Origin: an uncultured Acidobacteriota bacterium
GTDB lineage: Bacteria > Acidobacteriota > Thermoanaerobaculia > Gp7-AA8
Direction: 5' to 3'
Assembly: GCA_963822445.1 (NCBI GenBank)
Contig: CAWGHO010000002.1
Location: forward strand, 1,408,001 to 1,472,000
DNA length: 64,000 bases
Each line of letters opens with the position of its first letter. Positions within the stretch are counted from its first letter, which is position 1. This document shows, piece after piece, positions 27,556 through 37,435 of the stretch. The position numbers and the translations under genes are program-made. The notes below the pieces were generated by a model. That model was not told where the DNA came from and did no database searches. It worked only from the letters and a program-made list of their open reading frames with translations.

Positions 27556-30500
27556 ACAGGCGCTTTTCGAGCGAATCAGCACGGCCTTTCTCTGGATCGC
27601 GGCGTTCTGCCTGGCGACCGGCGTCTTCTTTTCGCTCACGCTGCTCTTCAAATACCTGCCGCCGACGGACCCCGTGGCCATCGGCGCGGTCACCATCCAG
27701 CGCTACGCGAAAATCCGCGACTACCTCGGCGCGGCGCTCTTCTTTCTGACTGTTCCGCCGCTGACCATCTGGCTTCGTGGCGTCCTCGGTCGCTACGCGA
27801 AGAAGCAACACTCCGCCGCGGCCCGGCTGCTCTTCACGGTCCCGTACTTTTTCGTTCCGCTGTTCTATCTGACCACCGGCAAGATCGGCTGGATCCTTCT
27901 GCTGCCGATCGTGCTGTCCTTCGCGCTGCCGCAACTGCTGCGATTCGTGCAGACCCGGCGCTGGGTGCGGGCGATCTTCCGGCGCGAGCTCGGCGCGTAC
28001 CACGCGCTCGTTTTCGCGGCAGGACTGGCGTGGATTCTCTTCCGCTACCTGGTTACGCAACGGCGGATCGCGCATTACCCGACGTTGTTTCTGGAAGTCG
28101 TGTTTGTCGCGCTGTTCCTGGCGCTTTTCTGGACGGCGGCGCTGCTGATCGCGCGGCTCGTCGAGATTCAGTTCGCGCGGCCGGTCGAAGAGACGTTCAA
28201 GCGGATCGCTGTCGGTGCGCTGCCGTTGATCGCGCTGCCGTTCATCGCGGTGATGGGCGTGCCGATCATGCATCCGCGAACGATCACCACGTCGCTGGTG
28301 ATCCTGTCCGCGATCATCGCCTGGCGTTTGGGGCGGCCGATGTCCGCGCGCGCCGCGTGGAATCTCAGCGCGTTTCTGATTCTGCCGGCGCTGATCTACC
28401 TGGTCAGTTACGCGTCGACCGCGCAGCTTTCGCAGTGGATCGATCTCTTTCATCGCGGCGAGTCGATCGGTCCGGCCAGCGATTACCTCCGCGGCAAGGT
28501 TCCCTTTCGCGACGTTTTCGCGTTGCACGGCATGCTCGAGGATGGGCAGCTCGACGCCTGGCTGATGCAGATCTTCGGACGCTCGCTCGACGTCGCCATC
28601 GCCCGCACAGTCATCATCGGAGCCTTTCTCGGCGTCTCGATCTGGTTCCTCGGCGTGGTCGTCTTTGAATCGATTCCGCTCGCTCTGGTTTGCGTGGCGA
28701 TGGGTGCGTGGACGACCGCGGAAAACAACCGCACCTTCTTCCAGGTGGCCGCGGTCGCGCTGTTCTGGAATGCGCTGCGGCGACGGAGCCGCGTGTCCGC
28801 GATCTTCAGCGGAGTTTTCGCCGGTGTCGCGGTCTTCTTCAGCTACGAGATCGGGCTGTACACGATCGCGGCTGCCTTCGCGTCGGCGCTGCTGCTGTTC
28901 TTCGCCTCGAAACGCGTCGAATGGACCGGTCTCGCGCCGTCGCAGGCCGCGCTGTTCTTCTCCATCGGCGTCCTTCTCGGCGCGGCGCCGTTCGCGATCT
29001 ACCTCGCCGTGAACGGCGCACTCGACGACTTCTTCGTTGTCTCGTTTGTGACGATCCCGCGGATCATCGACGCGGTCTGGTCGCTGCCGTTCCCCGATCT
29101 GGTCTCGACGTTCCGCGGCGATTTCAATCTGCACAACGTCGCCGAGTTCGTGCTGTTCGAGAAGTTCCATCTCATCGTCAGCCCGCTGGTCATCGCCATC
29201 TCCGCGATCTACTTCATCGCCCGCTGGCTGAAGCGGCGCACGGACATGCTCGATTACGCGCTGCTGGTGATGACGGTCTTCGCGACGATCGCGCAACGGA
29301 CCGCGTTCGGACGCGCGTCGTTCCGCCATCAGTACTTCGCGGCGTTTCTCATCGGTCCGATGCTCGTTTTGCTGGCGGTGGTGCTGATTCGCAATCTGCG
29401 CAGCGTGTGGCGCGATGGCGATCACGGAACGCGCGCGTTTCTGACGGCGATCGGCGTCGGCGCTATTCCGCTGCTGGCGGTTCTCTTCTGGATCCCGGAC
29501 CTCATCAACGCCCGGCTCGATGAGCTGATCGGCTACAACTCGCGGGTGATGCGCGTCCATCGCGATCCGCACGCCGAGGAGGTGGGGTGGCGAATTCACG
29601 ATGTGTCGGCGGCGATCGGCGAGCTGACGAGGAAGAACGAGCCGTTCTTCGATTTCTCGAATCAGCCCGCGTTCTACTTCTTCGCGAATCGACCGAATCC
29701 CACGCGTTTCTACCAGGTGCCGATCCTGTCGCCGCGCGAGTTTCAGGCGGAGACCATTCGCGCGCTGGAGAAGGCGCGGCCGAAACTCATTCTGCGGCGC
29801 TCGCCGGAGCAGTTCGATCAGTTCGATGGCGTAACCAACGATCTGCGCGCGCAGGCGGTGTCGGCGTACATCGACGACGCGTACCGCTTCGATCGTTCCC
29901 TGCGCGGCGTGGAGCTGTGGTCGCGAAGGCGCGACGCGAAACCGCGTGCTGTTGCCGACTACCTGCGCCTGATTCGGCTTCCCGATCAGAAGGAGATGGT
30001 GAACAGCGGCCTGCAGCGCATGGTCTTTCCCGCCGTCGGCAGTCTCGAGGGCATCGGCGGCTCGTACTGGCAGTCCGATCTCACGATGCACAACCCGCTG
30101 CGGACGCCGATCCCGTTGCGCTTGCGTTATGTCGCCGGCGAGGTCAGCGTCGATCGCCGCTTGACGCTGTCGCCGCGGCAAACGGTCAGCCTGCCCAATG
30201 TCGTGCGGACGTTCTTCGGCGCGAGCGGTGCGGTGGGAACGCTCTGGATCGAACATCGCGAAGGTCTTGCGCCGGTCGCGGTGGTGAAGACGGCCGACGT
30301 CGCCCACGGCGGACGCGCGTCGGTCGAGCAACCGCTCACGCGGCGCGATTCAGCGACCGCGGCGACGGAAAGCGCGGAACTGGCGATCGTCGGAATCGCC
30401 ACCGCGCCGCCGACAGGACGGCGCGTGAACATCGGCGTGGTCAACATCGGAACGATCCCCGCGACCTTCCGCGTCTCCGTCCGCGACCGCCACGGCCGCG

Positions 30501-30706
30501 TCCTCGGCAAGAGCGTCGAGTCCGGGGTGCCCGAGGGGCAGGTGTGGTTCGTCAATGGCGTGGAGGATCAGGTCAAGGTGAAGCTCGACCAGACGATGAC
30601 CGTGCGGGTGACGGTGATTGCCGGAACGGGCGTCGGATTCGCGACGGTGATCGATGCCCGCGGCGATTCGGAGTTCATCGCCGCGATTCCGACGCAGCAG
30701 GAGTAG
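27548..30706 (+). CDS. Large polytopic membrane protein (GT-C-like) with C-terminal extracytoplasmic beta-domain
   Basis: Many TM helices; D-LFHRGE...GKVPFRD motif; soluble C-terminus PAVGS..G.GGSYWQSDLTMHNP. Confidence 0.6.
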   Translation: MRKQALFERISTAFLWIAAFCLATGVFFSLTLLFKYLPPTDPVAIGAVTIQRYAKIRDYLGAALFFLTVPPLTIWLRGVLGRYAKKQHSAAARLLFTVPYFFVPLFYLTTGKIGWILLLPIVLSFALPQLLRFVQTRRWVRAIFRRELGAYHALVFAAGLAWILFRYLVTQRRIAHYPTLFLEVVFVALFLALFWTAALLIARLVEIQFARPVEETFKRIAVGALPLIALPFIAVMGVPIMHPRTITTSLVILSAIIAWRLGRPMSARAAWNLSAFLILPALIYLVSYASTAQLSQWIDLFHRGESIGPASDYLRGKVPFRDVFALHGMLEDGQLDAWLMQIFGRSLDVAIARTVIIGAFLGVSIWFLGVVVFESIPLALVCVAMGAWTTAENNRTFFQVAAVALFWNALRRRSRVSAIFSGVFAGVAVFFSYEIGLYTIAAAFASALLLFFASKRVEWTGLAPSQAALFFSIGVLLGAAPFAIYLAVNGALDDFFVVSFVTIPRIIDAVWSLPFPDLVSTFRGDFNLHNVAEFVLFEKFHLIVSPLVIAISAIYFIARWLKRRTDMLDYALLVMTVFATIAQRTAFGRASFRHQYFAAFLIGPMLVLLAVVLIRNLRSVWRDGDHGTRAFLTAIGVGAIPLLAVLFWIPDLINARLDELIGYNSRVMRVHRDPHAEEVGWRIHDVSAAIGELTRKNEPFFDFSNQPAFYFFANRPNPTRFYQVPILSPREFQAETIRALEKARPKLILRRSPEQFDQFDGVTNDLRAQAVSAYIDDAYRFDRSLRGVELWSRRRDAKPRAVADYLRLIRLPDQKEMVNSGLQRMVFPAVGSLEGIGGSYWQSDLTMHNPLRTPIPLRLRYVAGEVSVDRRLTLSPRQTVSLPNVVRTFFGASGAVGTLWIEHREGLAPVAVVKTADVAHGGRASVEQPLTRRDSATAATESAELAIVGIATAPPTGRRVNIGVVNIGTIPATFRVSVRDRHGRVLGKSVESGVPEGQVWFVNGVEDQVKVKLDQTMTVRVTVIAGTGVGFATVIDARGDSEFIAAIPTQQE

Positions 30707-30709
30707 TGC

Positions 30710-31555
30710 TCAGGCCTTCCACTTCGCGAGCAACGCCTTCGCATCCTCCACCGCCGCCGCCTCCTCCGTCACGAACTCGGGATTGTTCGGCGTCGAGACG
30801 ACTTTGCGCAGCATCTGCACGGCCTGCGGTTTCGTCTTCGCGTCGTGCGAGACCATCGCTTCGGCGAGAAAGACCATGGTGATCTTGCTGGTCGGGTCGA
30901 TCTTCAGCGACTCGTTGAGAAAGCGCACGGCCTCTTTCGATGAGGCCCAGCCGGTGATGAAGGGAATGCGCGGCGTCTGATCGTGGAGGCGGCCGAGGAC
31001 GCGGCCTGGAGCCCCGCCTTCGAGGCGTGGGTCGACGAGGAGAGCGATGGTCGCCCCGCGGCGGATACTGTCCGCGGCTCCTTCGCGTGCCGCGGCCATC
31101 TTTCCATACGAGAGCGCCCATTCGCCCCAGTTGATGGCGTCCCAGAGGAAGACGTCCGCTGCGCCGGGAATCGCGCGTGCGGCTGCCGCGGCCTGCTTTT
31201 CGTTCAACTTCGCGGTGATGCCTTTCGCGGCGAGCACCGCCAGCGCCTTCTGTCCCGCGGTTTTCGCGACGCTGTAGATCTTCTTCTTCTCGTCGGCCGA
31301 TTTGGCGATGTACGCGCCTTTGAAGCGATACGCGCGCAGCAGCCGCGCGTGCGCGACGACGTCGTTCGGGCTCTGCGCGACCGCGCGCTGGTAAGCCGCG
31401 ATCGCGGCATCAACACGGGCCGGACCGTCGTGGCGCGCCGCCCACTGCGCATCGCCGTCCGCGAGCTGTGCGAACGCCGGAAGTGCCGCGAACAGAGCGA
31501 GAAAGAACCAGGCACGGGCGTTGAACGGACAGGAAGACATGAAACGGCTGGTCAT
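30710..31555 (-). CDS. Secreted TPR-like helical protein
   Basis: Signal peptide, helical repeats, LGRLH...P.IPF motif. Confidence 0.7.
   Translation of the reverse strand: MTSRFMSSCPFNARAWFFLALFAALPAFAQLADGDAQWAARHDGPARVDAAIAAYQRAVAQSPNDVVAHARLLRAYRFKGAYIAKSADEKKKIYSVAKTAGQKALAVLAAKGITAKLNEKQAAAAARAIPGAADVFLWDAINWGEWALSYGKMAAAREGAADSIRRGATIALLVDPRLEGGAPGRVLGRLHDQTPRIPFITGWASSKEAVRFLNESLKIDPTSKITMVFLAEAMVSHDAKTKPQAVQMLRKVVSTPNNPEFVTEEAAAVEDAKALLAKWKA
31510..31525 (+). promoter_or_regulatory. Putative sigma54-type promoter
   Basis: AGGCACG-GGCG-TTGAA (GG-N10-GA) just upstream of the lipoprotein gene. Confidence 0.45.
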
Positions 31556-31823
31556 GATCGCGATTATCGCCGCTCTCGCCGGATGCCGCGGGGAGCCGGT
31601 CCCTCGCGATTACCAGAACGCACCGCCGGCGATGACCCATCCGCCCGACAACAAAGCGCAGTCGCCTGCCCAGCACGGGATGGGAGAGGCGACTCCGGAG
31701 ACGTCGTCGGGTGCGGAAGGACCGTCATCGACGGGCCAGCCGATTACGCCGTCGGCGACGGGAACGACCGCGACGTCATCGACGAGCGTGCAGAACACGC
31801 CGCCGGTCTCCACTACGACGTAG
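31539..31823 (+). CDS. Small Pro/Thr/Ser-rich lipoprotein
   Basis: MKRLVMIAIIAALAGC lipobox; low-complexity mature part. Confidence 0.75.
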   Translation: MKRLVMIAIIAALAGCRGEPVPRDYQNAPPAMTHPPDNKAQSPAQHGMGEATPETSSGAEGPSSTGQPITPSATGTTATSSTSVQNTPPVSTTT

Positions 31824-31928
31824 TCGTTAGTGGTTAGTGATTAGTCGTTAGTAGGCCGCCGCCCGTCCACGTTAGTAGACTCCGCGCGCTTCTAACTACT
31901 AACGACTAATCACTAACCACTAACGACT
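31821..31928. repeat. Heptamer-armed hairpin, family C: (TAGTSRT)x4+TAGTAG ... mirror arm
   Basis: Seen directly; unit variants are mirrored exactly in the two arms. Confidence 0.95.
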
Positions 31929-31934
31929 GATCCA

Positions 31935-32828
31935 ATGCGCGTCGCCTTCTTCGGCACTCCCGACTTCGCCGTTCCCATACTCGAGGCGCTCGCGCGTCAT
32001 CACGAGGTCGTGCTCGTCGTTGCGCAGCCGGACAAGCCGGCGGGCCGCGGGATGAAGATGCACGCGCCGCCGGTGATGGTGAAGGCGCGCGAGCTGGGAT
32101 TGCCCGTCGCGCAGCCGGCGAAGATTCGCACCGCCGAGTTTCTCGATTCGATCCGCGCGCTCGCGCCGGACGTGGGGATCGTCGTTGCGTACGGCAGGAT
32201 TCTTCCGGCGGCGCTGCTCGAGATTCCGGCGCGCGGCTTTCTCAACATCCACGGGTCGATCCTGCCGAAGTACCGTGGGGCCGCGCCGATTCAGCGCGCG
32301 ATCGAACATGGGGAGAAGGTCACCGGCGTGACGATCATGCGCGTCGATGAGGAGCTCGATCACGGCCCGATGCTGCGCGTGGCCGCGACCGACATCGGTC
32401 CCGACGAGCGCACGCCTGCGCTGGCGCGGCGGCTCGCAGAGATCGGCGCGAAGGCGCTCCTCGATGTCCTGCGCGACTGGCCGGCGGAAACTCCGCAGGA
32501 TCACATGAATGCGACCCTTGCCCCGAAGATCGAGAAGAGCGAGTCGCGGATCACCTTCGAAGAACCGGCGGCGACGATCTACAACCGCTTCCGCGCTTTC
32601 GATCCCTGGCCGGGGATCACCTTCGGCGAGTTGAAGCTGACCGACGTCGCGGTGGCTGAGGGTTCCGGGGCGCCGGGGACGATCCTGTCGATCGAGGACA
32701 GCGTTGTCGTCGCGGCCGGTGAAGGCGCGATCCGCATCAACGAGCTCCAGCGTCCCGGAAAGCCGCGGACCGCGGCCGGTGCCGTTGCGCGTGGTCTCGG
32801 CTGGCGAGTGGGCGAGCGCGCGTCATGA
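31935..32828 (+). CDS. fmt: Methionyl-tRNA formyltransferase
   Basis: FFGTPDFA, QPDKPAGRG, NIHGSILPKYRGAAPI. Confidence 0.97.
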   Translation: MRVAFFGTPDFAVPILEALARHHEVVLVVAQPDKPAGRGMKMHAPPVMVKARELGLPVAQPAKIRTAEFLDSIRALAPDVGIVVAYGRILPAALLEIPARGFLNIHGSILPKYRGAAPIQRAIEHGEKVTGVTIMRVDEELDHGPMLRVAATDIGPDERTPALARRLAEIGAKALLDVLRDWPAETPQDHMNATLAPKIEKSESRITFEEPAATIYNRFRAFDPWPGITFGELKLTDVAVAEGSGAPGTILSIEDSVVVAAGEGAIRINELQRPGKPRTAAGAVARGLGWRVGERAS

Positions 32829-33961
32829 GCGATCGCGAGCGCGCCCTTCACCTGTTGCAACGCATCGAGCGCGAGAACCTTTACGCCTCCCTTCTGCTCA
32901 TGGGCGAAACGGGCTTCGTGCGCACGGTCGTTCTGGGTGTCTTGCGCTGGCGCTCGCGGCTCGACTTCGTCATCGAGCATTACGCGCAGCGGCCGCTGAA
33001 GAAGCTCGATCCGCCGGTCGTCGACGCGTTGCGCAGCGGCGTCTATCAACTGCTGTTCATGGATGTGCCGGCGTACGCGGCCGTGTCGGAAACCGTTGAT
33101 CTCGCGCCGAAACGCGCGCGCGGATTCGTAAACGCCGTGCTTCGCAAGGCTTCGAAGCCCGTCGAGCCGCCTGACGTCGCCACGCGCACCGCCCATCCGC
33201 GATGGCTCCTCGATCGCTGGTCGAATGTCTTTGGGGCGGAACGCGCGGCGAAGATCGCAACCGCGAATCAGGAGCTGTCGTATCCGGACGTGCTCTCGCT
33301 CGGCGGTACGAGGCCGCCGGACGCGGAGCCATCGAAGCTCGTCTCTGAGTTGTGGAAGCTGCACGGATCCTCGGCCGAGCTCGATCGCGAGCAGTTTCAT
33401 CCGATGGACGAAGGAAGCGCGGTCATCGCCGCGATCGCGCGTGCCTGCGGCGACGACATCCTCGACCTGGCCGCGGCGCCCGGCGGGAAAACGATCTACA
33501 TGCGCCATCGCGGCGCGCGCGTCGTCGCCAACGACGTCTCGCCGACGCGCATGCGCCCGCTCCTCGCGCGCGGCGCAAACGCGGTCGTGAGCGACGGCCG
33601 GCGTCCGCCGTTCAACCGCAAGTTCGAAGTGGTGTTGCTCGATGCGCCGTGCAGCGCGACAGGGACGATTCGCAAGAATCCGGAGATCAAGTGGCGGTGG
33701 CGCGAGAACGACCTGGCCGCTTTCGCGAAGTTGCAGCGTGAGCTGCTCGCCAGCGCGATGACGCTCGCAAGCAGGTACGTCGTCTACTCGACCTGTTCAC
33801 TCGAGCCGGAAGAAAACGACGCGGTGGTGGAAGGGTTGGAGCGCGCGGACGTCGTCGAGTTTGCCCCGGAGGGAGCGCGCGCGTGGGTCGAGAACGGCGT
33901 GTTGCGGCTCACGCCGGAATCGGGCGCGGACGGGTTCACCTGCTTTGTGATTGCCGTCTGA
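32825..33961 (+). CDS. rsmB: 16S rRNA m5C methyltransferase RsmB/Sun (NusB-like N-terminus)
   Basis: GFVNAVLR, AAAPGGKT, DAPCSATG, YSTCSL; follows fmt. Confidence 0.9.
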   Translation: MSDRERALHLLQRIERENLYASLLLMGETGFVRTVVLGVLRWRSRLDFVIEHYAQRPLKKLDPPVVDALRSGVYQLLFMDVPAYAAVSETVDLAPKRARGFVNAVLRKASKPVEPPDVATRTAHPRWLLDRWSNVFGAERAAKIATANQELSYPDVLSLGGTRPPDAEPSKLVSELWKLHGSSAELDREQFHPMDEGSAVIAAIARACGDDILDLAAAPGGKTIYMRHRGARVVANDVSPTRMRPLLARGANAVVSDGRRPPFNRKFEVVLLDAPCSATGTIRKNPEIKWRWRENDLAAFAKLQRELLASAMTLASRYVVYSTCSLEPEENDAVVEGLERADVVEFAPEGARAWVENGVLRLTPESGADGFTCFVIAV

Positions 33962-33963
33962 TG

Positions 33964-34075
33964 AGTTTATCCCGCGCGGAGACGCGGGATCTCTTCGTGC
34001 ACCGCGACGGCCGTAGCGACAGCGCGAGTCTCGTTCGTGCACCGGGAGATCCCGCGTCTGCGCGCGGGATAAACT
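33964..34075. repeat. REPIN-like doublet, second copy of the AGTTTATCCCGCG family
   Basis: Same terminal inverted repeats as 14430-14536 with a different central spacer. Confidence 0.93.
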
Positions 34076-34082
34076 GGGAAAA

Positions 34083-36017
34083 ATGCCGCGCGACCTCCCC
34101 ATCGGCAACGGCTCGCTGCTCGTCGCCTTCGATTCGCAGTACCGTCTTGCCGATTTCTACTTTCCCCGCGTGGGGATGGAGAACCAGGCGGCGGCGCGGT
34201 TCCGGTTCGGCGTCCACGTCGATGACGCGACGCATTGGACCGACGACCCGCCCTGGCAGCGCACGCTCGACTATCTGCGCGACACGCTCGTCACTGATGT
34301 CCTCCTGCAGAACGACGCCATCGGCATTCGCCTCCGCTGCTACGACACCATCGACCCCGATGCGAACGTGTACGTGCGCAAGATCGTCGTGCGCAACCTT
34401 CGCGAAGAGGCTCGCGACCTCAAGCTCCTCTTCCATCACGACTTCGCGCTGTACGGCAACGGCATCGGCGACACGGCTCTGTACGAGCCGACCTCGCGCG
34501 GCCTGATTCACTACAAGGCCAAGCGTTTCGTGCTCATCAACTGCGACGCCGGCGTCAGCGAATACGCGTGCGGGAAGAGCACGACCATCGGCGGCGATCC
34601 CACCTGGACGATGATCGACGGCCATCTGTCGATGAGCCCCATCGCCCAGGGAGCGGTGGAGTCGACGATCGCCATTCCGGTGCGGCTCGACGCCACCGGC
34701 AGCGCGACCGTCTTTTACTGGATGTGCGCGGGCCGCACGCACGACGAGGTGCGCAAGCTCGACGAACAGGTGCGCGGCGAGACTCCGGCGCACGTGCTGT
34801 CGCGCACCGGCTCGCACTGGTACACGTGGGTGAACAAGGCCGACGTCGATCTCGAGGATCTGCCCGACGAGATCGCTGACCTTTATCGCCGCTCGCTGCT
34901 CATCGTCGCCACGCAATGCGACCGCGGCGGCGCGATCATCGCCGCGAACGACTCCGACATTCAGTGGGGTCACAACGACCATTACTCGTACATGTGGACG
35001 CGCGACGCCGCCTTCGTCTGCGACGCGCTGGACCGCGCCGGCTATCCCGAGATCACCCGGCGCTTCCTGCTGTTCGCGAACCGGGTGATCCTCGACGAGG
35101 GCTTCTTCCTCCACAAGTACAACCCCGACGGCTCGCCCGCGCCGCTCTGGCATCCCTGGGTGCGCGACGGCAAGCCGCAGTTGCCCATTCAGCTCGACGA
35201 GACGGCGCTCGTGATCTGGCTCGTCGCGCGCCATTACGAGCGGACGCGCGATCTCGATCTTCTGCGCGACGTCTATCAGCGGCTGGTCGTGAAGCCCGCG
35301 GATTTTCTCGTGCGCTACCGCGACAGCGAGCTTTGTCTGCCGCAGCCCTGCTTCGATTTGTGGGAGGAGCGCCAGGGCACCTTCACTTTCACCTGCGCAA
35401 CGGTGTGGGCGGCGCTCGACGCGGCCGCGAATCTCGCCAATCTCTTCAACGATCAGGAGCGCCGCGCCACCTACTCGAAGGCAGCGAGCGAGCTCCGCGA
35501 GTCGATGAAAAAGCATCTCTGGCTCGAGGACGAAGGTCGCTTTGCGCGCGGCATCACTCTGACCGGCGAGATCGACAAGACCGTCGACGCCTCCGCCTTC
35601 GCTACGTTCTACCTCGGCGTTTTCCCACCGACCAGCGCGATGGTGACCGGAACGATGCGCGCCATCCGCGACCGCCTCGGCGTGCAGACCGATGCCGGCG
35701 GCATCGCCCGCTACGAGAACGACGCCTATCACCGCATTTCCGACGAGACCAGCCGCGTGCCGGGAAATCCCTGGATCATCTGCACGCTCTGGCTGGCGGA
35801 GCACACCATCGCATCGGCCGCATCCGCGGAAGAGCTGCAATCTGCACTCGACCTTGTGCGATGGGCGCGATCGAAAGCGACGGCTTCGCTGGTGCTGCCC
35901 GAGCAGATCCACCCGTACGACGGTCAGCCGCTGTCGGTGGCTCCTCTCACATGGAGTCACGCGCAGGTAATTTCAGTCGTCCTCGGATACCTCGAACGCG
36001 CGCGTTCGCTGCGTTGA
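34083..36017 (+). CDS. Glycoside hydrolase family 15 (glucoamylase-like)
   Basis: IGNG, YSYMWTRD, QLDET, DLWEER, LPEQ, PLTWSHA. Confidence 0.92.
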   Translation: MPRDLPIGNGSLLVAFDSQYRLADFYFPRVGMENQAAARFRFGVHVDDATHWTDDPPWQRTLDYLRDTLVTDVLLQNDAIGIRLRCYDTIDPDANVYVRKIVVRNLREEARDLKLLFHHDFALYGNGIGDTALYEPTSRGLIHYKAKRFVLINCDAGVSEYACGKSTTIGGDPTWTMIDGHLSMSPIAQGAVESTIAIPVRLDATGSATVFYWMCAGRTHDEVRKLDEQVRGETPAHVLSRTGSHWYTWVNKADVDLEDLPDEIADLYRRSLLIVATQCDRGGAIIAANDSDIQWGHNDHYSYMWTRDAAFVCDALDRAGYPEITRRFLLFANRVILDEGFFLHKYNPDGSPAPLWHPWVRDGKPQLPIQLDETALVIWLVARHYERTRDLDLLRDVYQRLVVKPADFLVRYRDSELCLPQPCFDLWEERQGTFTFTCATVWAALDAAANLANLFNDQERRATYSKAASELRESMKKHLWLEDEGRFARGITLTGEIDKTVDASAFATFYLGVFPPTSAMVTGTMRAIRDRLGVQTDAGGIARYENDAYHRISDETSRVPGNPWIICTLWLAEHTIASAASAEELQSALDLVRWARSKATASLVLPEQIHPYDGQPLSVAPLTWSHAQVISVVLGYLERARSLR

Positions 36018-36042
36018 CTTTCGAGAATCCTTTACCTAGATT
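36014..36042 (+). promoter_or_regulatory. Sigma70-type promoter of HU gene
   Basis: TTGACT-N17-TAGATT. Confidence 0.7.
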
Positions 36043-36099
36043 GTCGAGCGATCCGCACAACTGAGTGTCCCGTCTGGAGCGAAAACAGGAGGACGTTTT

Positions 36100-36402
36100 A
36101 TGGCTGGTAAGGGTGACGTCATCAACGCGATCGCCGAACAGGCAGGCATCTCCAAAAAGGAAGCGACGGCGGCGTTCGATGCATTCGTCGGATACATCTC
36201 CGACTCCTGTCAGCGCGGCGACCGCTGCGCGATCCCGGGCCTGGGCAGTTTCTCGGTGACCGACCGCAAGGCGCGCGAGGGCCGCAACCCGCGCACCAAG
36301 GAAACCATCACCATCCCCGCTTCGAAGAACGTGCGCTTCAAAGCCGGCAAGGACCTGCGCGACGTGCTCAACACCGCGCCGCGGAAAAAGGGCAAGAAGT
36401 AG
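36100..36402 (+). CDS. hup: HU family DNA-binding protein
   Basis: GxGSF, RKAREGRNPRT, IPA...F.AGK; AGGAGG SD. Confidence 0.95.
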   Translation: MAGKGDVINAIAEQAGISKKEATAAFDAFVGYISDSCQRGDRCAIPGLGSFSVTDRKAREGRNPRTKETITIPASKNVRFKAGKDLRDVLNTAPRKKGKK

Positions 36403-36408
36403 CGCGAG

Positions 36409-37425
36409 CTACGTCGCCCACTTGCGCGGCATGAACAGCCGCTCGTAGAGATTCAGCGCGTAGCGATCGGTCATTCCGGCGATGAAGTCGATGGCCAGCC
36501 GTTCCACCGGCTCGTCCGGCTGCATGTCCAGGAACTCCTCCGGGTGAGCGATGACGTACTCGAAGATCGCCACCAGGATCTTCTGCGCTTTCTCGAACTC
36601 ACCGCGCACCGTCGGGGTGAGGTACATGTTCTCGAACATGTATTTGCGCAGTGCTTCGAGCGACTCGAGCACTTCTGCGGTCATGTTGATGGCCTCGTAA
36701 TCGATGGCCAGCGTGGCGTTGATCACGTCGCGAACCATGCGATCGATGCGCTCGCTGCCTTTGCGGCCGAGGGTCTTGCGGATGTCTTTGGGGATGTCGG
36801 ATTCAGCGATGATCCCCGCGCGGATGCCGTCGTCGATGTCGTGATTCACGTAGGCGATGATGTCGGAGATGCGCACGATGTCGCCTTCGAGCGTCAGCGC
36901 GCGTGATTTCGGCCGCTTCCGCAGAAGCTCGCCCTTTTCACCTTTGGAGTGCTTGAGGATTCCATCGCGCACTTCGATGGTGAGGTTGAGGTCTTCGAGC
37001 ACTTCCACCACGCGCACGGATTGGCGGTAGTGGTCGAAGCCGCCTTTGACGAGCTTGTTCAGCGCGGCCTCTCCGGCATGGCCGAATGCGGAGTGTCCGA
37101 GGTCGTGGCCGAGGCCGATCGCTTCGGTGAGGACTTCGTTGAGGCGGAGCGATTTCGCGATCGTCCGTGCGATCTGCGTGACTTCGAGGACGTGCGTGAG
37201 GCGGGTGCGGTAGTGATCGCCTTCCGGCGCGAGGAAGACCTGGGTCTTGTGTTTGAGGCGGCGGAACGCTTTCGAGTGAATGATGCGATCGCGATCGCGC
37301 TGATACGACGGGCGGAGGTCGTCCTCCGGCTCGATGCGGTCGCGGCCGCGCGTCTCGCTGCTCTTTGCGGCGCGCGGCACGAGCGTGTCGTGCTCGATGC
37401 GCTCGAGCATTTCGCGGATGGTCAT
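36409..37425 (-). CDS. dgt: Deoxyguanosinetriphosphate triphosphohydrolase
   Basis: RDRDRIIHSKAFRRLKHKTQV, RTRLTH, HDLGH, DFIAGMTD. Confidence 0.95.
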   Translation of the reverse strand: MTIREMLERIEHDTLVPRAAKSSETRGRDRIEPEDDLRPSYQRDRDRIIHSKAFRRLKHKTQVFLAPEGDHYRTRLTHVLEVTQIARTIAKSLRLNEVLTEAIGLGHDLGHSAFGHAGEAALNKLVKGGFDHYRQSVRVVEVLEDLNLTIEVRDGILKHSKGEKGELLRKRPKSRALTLEGDIVRISDIIAYVNHDIDDGIRAGIIAESDIPKDIRKTLGRKGSERIDRMVRDVINATLAIDYEAINMTAEVLESLEALRKYMFENMYLTPTVRGEFEKAQKILVAIFEYVIAHPEEFLDMQPDEPVERLAIDFIAGMTDRYALNLYERLFMPRKWAT

Positions 37426-37435
37426 GCGGCGGATG

